A DNA stretch of 64,000 bases. Source: an uncultured virus (IMG/VR IMGVR_UViG_3300030060_005500). Its lineage: Duplodnaviria; Heunggongvirae; Uroviricota; Caudoviricetes. This document shows positions 48,694 to 57,799 of the stretch, in pieces (position 1 is the first letter of the stretch; each line of letters opens with the position of its first letter). Location of the stretch: the IMG/VR virus record IMGVR_UViG_3300030060_005500, one strand, 5' to 3'. The position numbers and the translations under genes are program-made. The notes under the pieces were generated by a model, which saw nothing but the letters and a program-made list of their open reading frames with translations, was not told the DNA's origin and searched no databases.

Positions 48694-49694
48694 TAGAAAA
48701 ATTGTGCTATTTGAGATAAGGATGAACCGGTGTAGTAGGTGTAACCGTTGTTTACCATACTGGTGAACAGTGGCCATACATCTTCTTCTGTAAAATTCTG
48801 GTCTGGTTTATACCATCTCCAGTCTCTTGCAGGAGCCATGTACCCAGATTTGGTATACAAAAGCTTGAACTGGCCAGGCATACCAACCTGTTTCGGTGGT
48901 GTATAACCCCAAGCTGCTGCTTGTTTTGGCATCTTGCCCGGAGCTTCTTCGTGCAGTTTAGTGCGTAATCCAGATATGTGTCTAAATTTACGAATCCAAG
49001 ACAAATGCTTACAACCGATACGGTAGTATTTAATCTCCTTTTTATATTGAGAGATGCAGCGTAGTTGTTTTTGGAATGAAGGACAGGAACACCAAGGCTC
49101 TGGTTCCTTCTCCTCTACATCCTCTAATTCATCTTCATCCACATCCTCTTTAAACGGAGTCATAAGATCTATTTCTTTACTTGCGTCGTTCCTGCCATCA
49201 GGAGCTATTACATAACCAAGATCACATTCCTCAAACGGTAGTTTAAAAGGTTTAAGCACCTCTTCATCATGTAGTTTGCAATTGATCTTAGCTGTAGGCT
49301 GAATCAATGCCTGTAACCCATCTATGTATGGAATCTTATGTACACCTTTCTTTATGCACCACTCTTGTAATGCAACTAGATTCTTACGTTGTGGGTATTC
49401 ATATTTCCACCCTTTCCATAAAACATAGCAGTTCTCTCGCCAAGGGGTAAGAGCACTGCCGGTAGGTGATAGATATTCGAAGTAATTAGGAACTCTGTTT
49501 GTAAATTTTACAAACTCTTCCTGTATTGGTTTCGGATCTAATCTGGTCTTATCGTTGATAACGATCTTACCATTCTTCTTGCGTATATCTTTTATAGACA
49601 TTGCATCTATATCTGGATATGCACGAGCGATATTTGACTTGGAATAAATACAAGTCTGAGCTTCGTTGAGCTCCTTCTGAGTTGTAGTTGACAT
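48693..49694 (-). CDS. SWIM Zn-finger protein
   Basis: WCSCPSF...GCKHL. Confidence 0.65.
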   Translation of the reverse strand: MSTTTQKELNEAQTCIYSKSNIARAYPDIDAMSIKDIRKKNGKIVINDKTRLDPKPIQEEFVKFTNRVPNYFEYLSPTGSALTPWRENCYVLWKGWKYEYPQRKNLVALQEWCIKKGVHKIPYIDGLQALIQPTAKINCKLHDEEVLKPFKLPFEECDLGYVIAPDGRNDASKEIDLMTPFKEDVDEDELEDVEEKEPEPWCSCPSFQKQLRCISQYKKEIKYYRIGCKHLSWIRKFRHISGLRTKLHEEAPGKMPKQAAAWGYTPPKQVGMPGQFKLLYTKSGYMAPARDWRWYKPDQNFTEEDVWPLFTSMVNNGYTYYTGSSLSQIAQFF

Positions 49695-49706
49695 TGTTGA
49701 GTTGAA

Positions 49707-49904
49707 TTAGATAAAGAGATCGTAATGATCATCCCTTAATTTAGCATTTTGCTTGGCTTTTTTATATACAGATTTACCTAAACGATAGGTTCCGTAACCT
49801 AATACTCCCCAAGCTAGGGGTGTACCTACACAGTACAGAAGTGCAGTACCTAATAATCCATAGGTGCCTACTTTTTTTGCTGTTGATTGATGACGCTTCT
49901 TCAT
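49707..49904 (-). CDS. Small membrane protein
   Basis: 65 aa with hydrophobic hairpin. Confidence 0.5.
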   Translation of the reverse strand: MKKRHQSTAKKVGTYGLLGTALLYCVGTPLAWGVLGYGTYRLGKSVYKKAKQNAKLRDDHYDLFI

Positions 49905-49907
49905 AGT

Positions 49908-49938
49908 AAAAAGGCGACCTTGCTTTCGCAGATCGCCA
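49908..49938 (-). terminator. Terminator-like hairpin
   Basis: GGCGATC-TGC-GAAA-GCA-A-GGTCGCC-TTTTT. Confidence 0.7.
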
Positions 49939-49958
49939 TGTAACTTTCTGTTTTTATT

Positions 49959-50951
49959 TTACAGGGATGCATCTTCACCGGTAGGTAAAGCAGGGATTGT
50001 TTCTCTGCTTGCGGGAAGTATTTCTACATTTTCAGCCATTCCATATTGACCGCCTAATTTGGCAGCATCAGCTCTGGAATGTTGATTGATGTAGTCACCA
50101 TACATGTCTTGAAACTTCCATGCCTTTTCACGTTCTTCATCAGGAACAGTAAGAGCATCTAACGACTCTACCGCTTCTTCCTGTGTTCCGTAGTTAGGCA
50201 TGTCGAATGATTCAACTGCACATAGATCCACATTGTTTTCACCACGCATGTCTTCGATTAAAGAAGGAGTGAATATAGTAGTGGAATGAAACTTCTCATT
50301 GTAGTTTATCGGTATCTCTGAATCGAGAGCTTTTGATAAACACTTGTTCATCTCTTTCTCAAACGTCTTTAGATGTTCGGAAAGATCAGCACCATTCAAA
50401 CCTTTTAGTGTCAGACAGATGGGAACTTCATGGGCAGGTTTATTATCCTTTGTAAGAATGTTTATCAGATATTTGGTTCTGACTTGATACTTACGTTTGT
50501 ACAATTCACCTTTACTTCTGGCTAGATCAGCAGCCACTTTGTCGTCATCGAATTTAGATTTACATACTTCGTCATCCCAAGTGCCAATGATCTGCTTCAT
50601 GTTGTCAGTTTCTTCTATCATCAAAGGAGATTTAAGAAGTATCTGTACTCTTGGCATTACGAAGTTTAATCCATATTCAATGCTTGTTCTGGGTGGTCTA
50701 CCAAAGCTGTGCTTGTAATTCCAAAGAACAGAACCTTCTTCAAAATCAGATTCTTTGGCTGTCCATTTGCATGAATCTAATTCAGACATACGTATGAACC
50801 AGCCTACTCTTTTTGATTTGTTTAAAGGTTGAATTGATACTGGAGCCTGATAGCTCTGAACAAATTCTTTTTGTTTGAACACCGCAAAGGATGAGATGTC
50901 TCTGCTCTTTGTAATTTCGGAGCTTTTTTCGGTTTTTGTGCGAGTAATCAT
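49959..50951 (-). CDS. DUF5895-like protein
   Basis: GWFI, PRVQIL..SPL, TKYL..L...NKPAHEVP..LTLKG..GA. Confidence 0.55.
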   Translation of the reverse strand: MITRTKTEKSSEITKSRDISSFAVFKQKEFVQSYQAPVSIQPLNKSKRVGWFIRMSELDSCKWTAKESDFEEGSVLWNYKHSFGRPPRTSIEYGLNFVMPRVQILLKSPLMIEETDNMKQIIGTWDDEVCKSKFDDDKVAADLARSKGELYKRKYQVRTKYLINILTKDNKPAHEVPICLTLKGLNGADLSEHLKTFEKEMNKCLSKALDSEIPINYNEKFHSTTIFTPSLIEDMRGENNVDLCAVESFDMPNYGTQEEAVESLDALTVPDEEREKAWKFQDMYGDYINQHSRADAAKLGGQYGMAENVEILPASRETIPALPTGEDASL

Positions 50952-50983
50952 CGTGATAGTTTCGGAGATTGAATCATTTTAAT

Positions 50984-51829
50984 TTAAAAAGGAGGATCTT
51001 CACCCTCAGGTGCGGAACTGGGAACATTTGCAGCGGCTGTTGGCTGTGCATTTGTATCTCCCCATGCGGAACCTACTTGATCTAAACCAGGTAGTCCGCC
51101 TATTGCAGGACCACTGTCATCCTGTTGGTTACCCCATAAACTCTCTGGTTCAGTGTTACTGGCCAAACTGTTCTTAGGTTCTATCTCATCAGGGGCAGAT
51201 TGTGTCTTGGGACCAAGAGTCATCTGTATCAGCTGAATCTTAGTCTGCGATCTGTCCTCTCCTGTATTCTTGTCTTTCCATTTGTCAGTCAGTAAACGAC
51301 CTTGAACTGTAAGACCAACACCTTTTCTGGTGAAGTTAAGTAGAAGTTCAGCAAGTTTGTTGCGATCTTCTGTTGAATTGATGGCATAGAAGTTAAAGAT
51401 ATCTGACTGGTTTCTGCCTGTGTTTACACTCAGACTCTGATTACATATCATCAGACCAGACGGAGTAACCTTGTAGTCTCTGTCATCGTTTCTGTTTATA
51501 TTCTTTATACAGCGACCACTTAGGATGACTGTATTGAAAACAGGAAAGTATTCATGGCTAACAGTTCCGAAGTTGCCGCCTTCCAATCGAAACTCTCTAG
51601 TGTCGATGTCATAACGGAGTTTAGAACCATGTAGATAGATCTGATGACCAGCTTTAAGATTAGCTAGTTGATCTACCTGTTTTCCATAAACTGTGAGTTG
51701 TATTTTTGTAGGTGCTTTGTTTCCTATTGGAGGAAGCATCACCGTACATGTTGCGTTTGAAGATGACTCACTTGTGTAAACCCTTTTAGGATCATCAGCA
51801 AGTTGAGCACATAAGAAAGCTAAGTTCAT
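50984..51829 (-). CDS. ssb: Single-stranded DNA-binding protein (tandem OB folds)
   Basis: NTVILSGR, KGVGLTVQGRL..DKWKDK..GEDRS, acidic tail EDPPF. Confidence 0.85.
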   Translation of the reverse strand: MNLAFLCAQLADDPKRVYTSESSSNATCTVMLPPIGNKAPTKIQLTVYGKQVDQLANLKAGHQIYLHGSKLRYDIDTREFRLEGGNFGTVSHEYFPVFNTVILSGRCIKNINRNDDRDYKVTPSGLMICNQSLSVNTGRNQSDIFNFYAINSTEDRNKLAELLLNFTRKGVGLTVQGRLLTDKWKDKNTGEDRSQTKIQLIQMTLGPKTQSAPDEIEPKNSLASNTEPESLWGNQQDDSGPAIGGLPGLDQVGSAWGDTNAQPTAAANVPSSAPEGEDPPF

Positions 51830-51850
51830 AAAATTAGTAGCTATGTGAAA

Positions 51851-51877
51851 GGCAGTTTAATGTCTTACCAGGGACAA
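51851..51877 (-). ncRNA. Compact H-type pseudoknot in ssb leader
   Basis: UGUC-CCU-GGUA-A-GACA-UUAAAC-UGCC. Confidence 0.5.
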
Positions 51878-51881
51878 GTAA

Positions 51882-53750
51882 TTAATGTGTATCAGCCCAG
51901 TTGGAACCGATCTTTGAATCGCCTTCGATCTTGCATTTAAAACCGAAGAAATCCTGTGCTTCCGGAAAAGCATTTAAGGCTTGTTCATTTATTTTATCTG
52001 TATATTTAGGATTGCAAGCCAGCTGTACTTCATCATGTATCATTAGCATCTGGAACCAGTCACGACCGTACTCCAAACCTAAGTTATCTTTGATGTTTCT
52101 ATTTATATTGATCACTACCTGCTTCATAAGTATTGCTCCAGCTGACTGAAGTAATACATTTAATCCTTTGAATGCGGATCTGCAGTGCAGTGAACGTCTG
52201 TCCAATCCAATAAGGAAGCCACGGGTTGCAATAGTTTCTTCTACTTGATCTTTGAGTTTGCGTAATGCAGGAACTCCTCTAAGGAAACCATCAATCGCAT
52301 TCCGACCTAACACCCTCAACTTCTCCTCACTCTTCTCCTTAGGATCTATAATCGTGCCAGCCTTCGCCGCCCCACACCCGTAAAGCATGGCATACAGTAG
52401 ACGTTTGGCTATATCTCTGGTGGCAACACCGAACTTCTCTTGGTTGTAGGTGTGAATATCTATCTCTGGATTGACAACCAGTGAAGCATACTCACCGTCA
52501 TCCCATAAAGCTAGATAACCAGCCAGTGTTCGTATCTCTAATCCCTTTGCATCTATACCGAGTTGATCCCAGTCATAGGGTGCATGGAATAAGGATCTAC
52601 ATTCTTTACCGTATGGTGAATAAGATGCCACTACCTGTCCGAGATTGGGAGATTTATGTGAACATCTAGCAGTGATACACCCGTTGGTGATCACGTTGCC
52701 GTGCATTCTGCCTGTCTGATTGTTAACCATCTTCAACCAAGCATTCTTGCCGTCCGCTATCTGCCCTAATCTCTTCTTGACTAGCATGTATTCCGCCAGT
52801 TGCTTAGCTTCTGGGAAAGGTAACTGCTCGAGGACATCATCGTCAAGTATTGGATTTCCTTTATCAGTTGTTTTCTTTGGGGTCCATCCGTACTTTTGTT
52901 GTAGACGTTCCACAATTTGTTGACGTGATCCAGGATTGAATTGCTCATACCTAATTTTTTCGAAGGGGACATCTTTTACGTAACCTCTTTTTGTGTTGTT
53001 TACTTTGGGAGTGAACCACTCAGAGTATTTTACAGGAGGAAAGATCTCCTTCAGTTCCCCTTCCAGTCTTTCTTGCTTTGCTCGTAGAACATCCACGAGA
53101 TCAATAGCTCCATCAATATCAAATGGAACTCCTGCTCTAATCTGTTTGTTAATGTAGTAAGCAAATTCATGTTCAATGGCTAACGAAGGTTGCGGATAAT
53201 TTTGTTTAACTATGTGAAGTAATAATTTCTTTGTTACGTTCACGTCCTGAACACAATATTCAAGCATCTCTTCTGTGTATTGTGAAAAGTCCTTGAAGTC
53301 TATTTTGTGATCAGCTAAACGATAGCCCCATGCTTTTAATGAGGCTGATCCTTTTAGTCTGGGAGGAACATTCCTTGTGGATGAATAATCCAGTTCAGTT
53401 AGTTTCTCCTTTGGCCATATCAACCTCGTGCATACAAGAGTATCTATGACCTTACAGTTGAAGCTAGTGCCATATAATTTGGTCAACAACGGTATGTCAT
53501 AAAACATAATATTGTGACCAATTAATGTATCAGCAGATGCTAAATGTTCTAGTGCTTCAGTTATACTTTCAGGACCATATCTATACGTCTTATCTAACAC
53601 TAAATCATGACAAACTATGCAGTAGACCTGCGTAGCATCATCATAAAGTCCGTCTGATTCTAAGTCGAATATCAACCATGTTTCATCTTTGGTATCGGGC
53701 TGCAGGTTGAACCTCAAGGTTTTTACTGGCGAGGGCGGGATCGTTTTCAT
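51882..53750 (-). CDS. polA: Family A DNA polymerase (3'-5' exo + pol, T7-like)
   Basis: FDLESD, GHNIMFYD, YCVQDV, DAKGLEIR, AKRLLYAMLYG, HDE. Confidence 0.95.
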   Translation of the reverse strand: MKTIPPSPVKTLRFNLQPDTKDETWLIFDLESDGLYDDATQVYCIVCHDLVLDKTYRYGPESITEALEHLASADTLIGHNIMFYDIPLLTKLYGTSFNCKVIDTLVCTRLIWPKEKLTELDYSSTRNVPPRLKGSASLKAWGYRLADHKIDFKDFSQYTEEMLEYCVQDVNVTKKLLLHIVKQNYPQPSLAIEHEFAYYINKQIRAGVPFDIDGAIDLVDVLRAKQERLEGELKEIFPPVKYSEWFTPKVNNTKRGYVKDVPFEKIRYEQFNPGSRQQIVERLQQKYGWTPKKTTDKGNPILDDDVLEQLPFPEAKQLAEYMLVKKRLGQIADGKNAWLKMVNNQTGRMHGNVITNGCITARCSHKSPNLGQVVASYSPYGKECRSLFHAPYDWDQLGIDAKGLEIRTLAGYLALWDDGEYASLVVNPEIDIHTYNQEKFGVATRDIAKRLLYAMLYGCGAAKAGTIIDPKEKSEEKLRVLGRNAIDGFLRGVPALRKLKDQVEETIATRGFLIGLDRRSLHCRSAFKGLNVLLQSAGAILMKQVVININRNIKDNLGLEYGRDWFQMLMIHDEVQLACNPKYTDKINEQALNAFPEAQDFFGFKCKIEGDSKIGSNWADTH

Positions 53751-53916
53751 TAATCCAGTTTAAAATTGAAAGTGCGTTTGTGTTGTGTGGTGGTGCGAAT
53801 ACTCTGTTTAAATCATGTTGGTTTTTTATTGGTGTTAATTCAAAACATTTCTTCTCCATATTTGTTTTAATACAATAGATAGTGCCATCAATCTCCGTAG
53901 AAATTACATATGTCAT
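53683..53916 (-). CDS. Hypothetical protein
   Basis: MTYVIS..., 77 aa. Confidence 0.5.
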   Translation of the reverse strand: MTYVISTEIDGTIYCIKTNMEKKCFELTPIKNQHDLNRVFAPPHNTNALSILNWINENDPALASKNLEVQPAARYQR

Positions 53917-54165
53917 CAGTTTAAATATCACATAGATAAATGATAATTTAAACTAACGAATTAGCAATAGTTTGTATTACTTTTTGTAGTTAATCGTCCT
54001 GCCATTCTGGATACTTTTCATCGGCTAAATCTGTTAAGTTTATCCAATGTAATTTATCTTCAGAACAGGCAATTAGATCTTCTACTGGTGCTTCATCATC
54101 GTTATGAATATCAACGTTGGTGATGCTTTTAACTTTAGTCATCAGGTTTCTCCTGTTGTATACAA

Positions 54166-54942
54166 TTACTTTTTACCATAACCAACAAAGCCCCCTTCTT
54201 TCTTACGTTGTGCAATTGCCGCACTTGCATCAGAGCCAGCCGGTTGACTGCCATGAACTAGCAGTGCAAAAGGTTTGTCACCAAAACAATGAGAATCATC
54301 GTGGTCAATCTCCAGTCCACGTTCTTCGGCTTCTTGTTCGGTATACACTACATAGCAGACACGTTTGTACAGCTCGGGAAATTTATGAATCATACGATCT
54401 TCATCACCACCATAAGATGCAGTGAGATAGAAGTTGTCAGGTATCTCATTCTGTAGGTTGTACCACATTGTCAGAGACTTGGTGTAGGCATAGAACTTCT
54501 GGTGTGGACGTTCCCTAGCTGTCAACATCCAAGCTTTCATGTAATGTTGATCCCAGAAGTCACCTGATGCATGGATACGTATCATGTCCCGTTGTGGCTG
54601 TGCTTGCAATGAAGCTAAGATGAGATCTTTGATACCTAGATAATATTTAGTTGGATCATTTACTGATCGATCTACATAAATATTTCTGGCTGCTTTGAGT
54701 TGATCGAAGTTGTACCATCTGGCATTACGAACTGTAGGAAGTCTTGCCTCTTCCATAGCTGCATAGCAGCGGTACTCCGGAGATTCACTACAACCATGTG
54801 GGTTGTCCATGATCTTACCGGTAGCACGATTGGCAAATGTGTGGCACTTACCAGCATGAGGACAGGTGTAACCTGCCGGAATAGAAAAGATAAGGGTATC
54901 TACCAACTTGGCATTACCCTTACTGAATTTAAGAAGATCCAT
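54166..54942 (-). CDS. Gp88-family (radical-SAM-like) phage protein
   Basis: GNAKL, FSIPAGYTCP...C, CYA, IRIHASGDF, FYAYTK. Confidence 0.8.
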   Translation of the reverse strand: MDLLKFSKGNAKLVDTLIFSIPAGYTCPHAGKCHTFANRATGKIMDNPHGCSESPEYRCYAAMEEARLPTVRNARWYNFDQLKAARNIYVDRSVNDPTKYYLGIKDLILASLQAQPQRDMIRIHASGDFWDQHYMKAWMLTARERPHQKFYAYTKSLTMWYNLQNEIPDNFYLTASYGGDEDRMIHKFPELYKRVCYVVYTEQEAEERGLEIDHDDSHCFGDKPFALLVHGSQPAGSDASAAIAQRKKEGGFVGYGKK

Positions 54943-54946
54943 ACTT

Positions 54947-55231
54947 TTAATAAATCACAGGAGCTAAAGTTTCTCCACCTTTGGGAGGATTGGAGATGTA
55001 CAGGGCACCTCCATCATTACCTTCATCATCCATCTGGGGAATCAAAGCCTGTCCATCATTTAATTCGATAATGATAGGAGCTTTGTACCATCCCTCCAGT
55101 TCTTGAGTAGCCATGTATCTGACATTGAGGATGGTTTTTCCAACCAGTTGTTTGCGTAATTTCTCAGCCCATTCGTTTTTGAGTTTGTACTGAGGATCAT
55201 CTTCTAATTGGATTAGCTTTTCTTTAGCCAT
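54947..55231 (-). CDS. Hypothetical phage protein
   Basis: LVGKTI..VRY...DDEGNDGGAL. Confidence 0.65.
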   Translation of the reverse strand: MAKEKLIQLEDDPQYKLKNEWAEKLRKQLVGKTILNVRYMATQELEGWYKAPIIIELNDGQALIPQMDDEGNDGGALYISNPPKGGETLAPVIY

Positions 55232-55262
55232 GGTTTTAAATTGAATTGAATTGAATTAGTGA

Positions 55263-55841
55263 TTAACCCCACTGATCTGCCATTGCATCAGCGATACCCT
55301 GAAAGGTACGGGAGCGTATCTTCCAGCGATCCTTTGATGGGGGCAGATAGTGAAGACGTTGTCTTTGTTTGTCAGGTAAACCTGAGACATCTATGTATTT
55401 AGTGCCTACTAATTTAGGTAAACCCTTCAACCAAAAACCTGTTTTCTTTTGTTCGGCATGACCAAACTCGTATGGTTGTACATACTGTGTGGCCTTGCCA
55501 AGTTTTGATCTGGAAGACAGAGCACCGACAGGATTCTCGATACAAATCCTCGGACACTCTGAATCCCATATCGTCTCAACGAACTTAATAGCTGCGGGCT
55601 GTCTGCCGTCTGCTACCTTTTCAGCCCATCGAGCTGCACCACTTACGGATAAATGAGTGCAGGGTGGATGAGCTATGATCAGATCCCAGCCATCATTAAG
55701 AATTGGAAGTACATCTCCTTCTATATGTTTCTTGCTGGGTTGTTCTGTGGGAAGAAGGTCGCATGACCAGGCGTCGTGTCCTTTAGCTTTGAAAGCATTG
55801 CGAACAATACCTGAATATTCACAAGCTACTAAGACTTTCAT
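55263..55841 (-). CDS. C5-cytosine DNA methyltransferase-like protein
   Basis: MKVLVACEYSG, AHPPC (motif IV), IENPV (motif VI). Confidence 0.8.
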   Translation of the reverse strand: MKVLVACEYSGIVRNAFKAKGHDAWSCDLLPTEQPSKKHIEGDVLPILNDGWDLIIAHPPCTHLSVSGAARWAEKVADGRQPAAIKFVETIWDSECPRICIENPVGALSSRSKLGKATQYVQPYEFGHAEQKKTGFWLKGLPKLVGTKYIDVSGLPDKQRQRLHYLPPSKDRWKIRSRTFQGIADAMADQWG

Positions 55842-55902
55842 TCGTTTAGAAAATAGATATCTAAATAATAGATTCATTGTTTCTAGTAAGATGTAAAGAA
55901 AA

Positions 55903-55918
55903 TGTAACAAGTGTTACA
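55903..55918. promoter_or_regulatory. NtcA-type palindrome
   Basis: TGTA-ACAAGTGT-TACA = GTA-N8-TAC. Confidence 0.6.
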
Positions 55919-55980
55919 GCGTGAACTACAGTTTCTTGAGAAAGGTATTAATATGATTTAGTAACAACCGATACCAAATC

Positions 55981-56061
55981 ATGACCCAACTTGTATATCG
56001 TGGCATTCCCTACACAATTGGTGGGAAAAACACAAAAGACACAAAAAAAGCCCCAAATTAA
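55981..56061 (+). CDS. 26-aa YRG peptide (DUF4278-like; missed by ORF track)
   Basis: MTQLVYRGIPYTIGGKNTKDTKKAPN; LxYRGxxY motif; own -10 candidates and terminator. Confidence 0.7.
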   Translation: MTQLVYRGIPYTIGGKNTKDTKKAPN

Positions 56062-56078
56062 TCGGGGCATTTTATTTT
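56043..56078. terminator. Bidirectional terminator
   Basis: A-run, GCCCC-AAATTAATC-GGGGC, T-rich tail. Confidence 0.7.
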
Positions 56079-56436
56079 AAGCAGCTGGTTGAGTTTCTAT
56101 TACTTCACCAGCATTGGCTTCCTCCATCTTGTTCATCATGTTCTGTGCGATTTCAGCACGACGTGATGTCTCTTCAAAGAAAGTTTGAGCCTTGTCAGCA
56201 CCGCAGGTATGTTCGGTGCCATTGGCTGTTACAAACTTCCAACTACCATCTGGTTGAAGTGTACCGTTAGTTAGAGCAAGTTTTTCGCTGTTACGTACAT
56301 AACGTAGACTTACATTATGACGATCGGTAAGACCCAAGTCGTCAACAAAAGTGACACCAACATTGTAATTGCGGTCTTCACCAAGAAACGCATGGGGTTG
56401 TGGAATAAATGGCTTGATTGCGGATAAGAATTGCAT
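56077..56436 (-). CDS. Hypothetical protein
   Basis: Likely start MQFLSAIK. Confidence 0.6.
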   Translation of the reverse strand: MQFLSAIKPFIPQPHAFLGEDRNYNVGVTFVDDLGLTDRHNVSLRYVRNSEKLALTNGTLQPDGSWKFVTANGTEHTCGADKAQTFFEETSRRAEIAQNMMNKMEEANAGEVIETQPAA

Positions 56437-56467
56437 AGCATTTGATTTAATTTTTAATGTGCACAAA

Positions 56468-56500
56468 CTGGGGATAGACTTACATCTAACGAAAGCCCAG
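56468..56500 (-). ncRNA. Candidate cis-RNA motif copy C
   Basis: CUGGG-CUU-UC(GUUA)GA-UGUAAGU-CUAUC-CCCAG. Confidence 0.45.
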
Positions 56501-56553
56501 ACGAATCATATACTCTAATTTTTATATCTCTTAAACTTATAAACGAAGCAAGC

Positions 56554-57734
56554 TTACCAACTGTTTGAATAATATCTGTGTCCATGTGATTCTCGTTTAC
56601 TATCTAAAGAATTACGATTACGTTCTTTTGCAGATATTGGAGGTTCTCCTCCTGTGTTGTCGTATAAATATTGAGGAGTAGGATCTATGTTAAAGGGATC
56701 ATGATAATCATCGTAATCATCCCCACATTCATCCCACCAAGTATTGATGAGATCAACGTCTTCTGCACTAATTGCATTAGGCATCTCCTCTGGTTTATCA
56801 GCAAAGTAATTGTGATACCATTCTTGAAATTCATCGATCAGATCTTTGTGTACATCATTCTGTTCACATAATTCTTTTGCTTGTTCGTAGCAATGATCTT
56901 TGAATAATTGATTTTCAAAATCTACGTCCATCTGACGCATGACTTGATCTGGTAGTGGATTGTCAATTTCGTTGTAGTTAGTCATCATAACCTGGAATGA
57001 ATTGTCTAGGAGGGCATGTAGGATAACCAGTATCTGGTTCATCTATTGTGGTTTCAATATTATTTTTATCTACATAATCAGCTAATTTTTTAACTATATT
57101 TTTAAAGTCTCTTTCTTCTTCTTTATTGAACTCAGATGCTTGCTGTTCACAGCAATACAATATGAGATCATGTTCGTTTTTAGTTAATAAATTCATTGTG
57201 CTCTGTCCCAAAAACGTTTTTGTGCTCTCTTCGCAGCGACATGTTCTGTCTGTGCATTAGTAAGTTTTGGAAATCGTTTTTGAACCTTTTCTATTTCTTC
57301 TTCGAAGAAGTAGAGTACCAGTTCAGTGTTGCCGTTATGACTCATTGGGTACCTCCCGTTGTCTGTTTTGATTTGTTTTGATGTGTTGGTCTAGTATTTT
57401 GTTGTAGACTTTCACGAGTTTAGGATTGTCTTTTGCAGAATCACCCGAGATCAAAAAACGATCCAAATGATTCTCCAACACTCCCAACTCTTCTCCCGTA
57501 AACCTAATAGCGTATTTAGACATCTTCATCTTCTTTCACTAGGTATGAAGAACGTAAGTTAGACCAGTCCCTTTCTATGAAAGGTTGCTTGTGTCCTTTG
57601 TGTTTCATCTCGTTGTACACGTATTCTTCGAAGCCTTCGAGAGATGGTTTGGTACCATTGTCTTCACAATGCTGTACGTATTCATGGGGCTCAAAGTATA
57701 CTGTTGCCTTGAGAGGGATTAAGTTGATAGCCAT
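56554..57734 (-). other. Cluster of five small, coupled early hypothetical genes
   Basis: ORFs approx. 57516-57734, 57335-57529, 57193-57345, 56978-57196, 56554-56988 with overlapping stop/start codons. Confidence 0.6.
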
Positions 57735-57799
57735 TTTGATAATAGATAGAAGTAATAAAAAACTGCCAAGATACAGGCAAGTGCCATTAAAGATTCCAT

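Noticed and set aside
55892..55908. TTACA direct repeat (- strand) as RpaB/HLR1 site
   Set aside because: Period is 11 bp rather than the usual 10; the NtcA-type palindrome fits better
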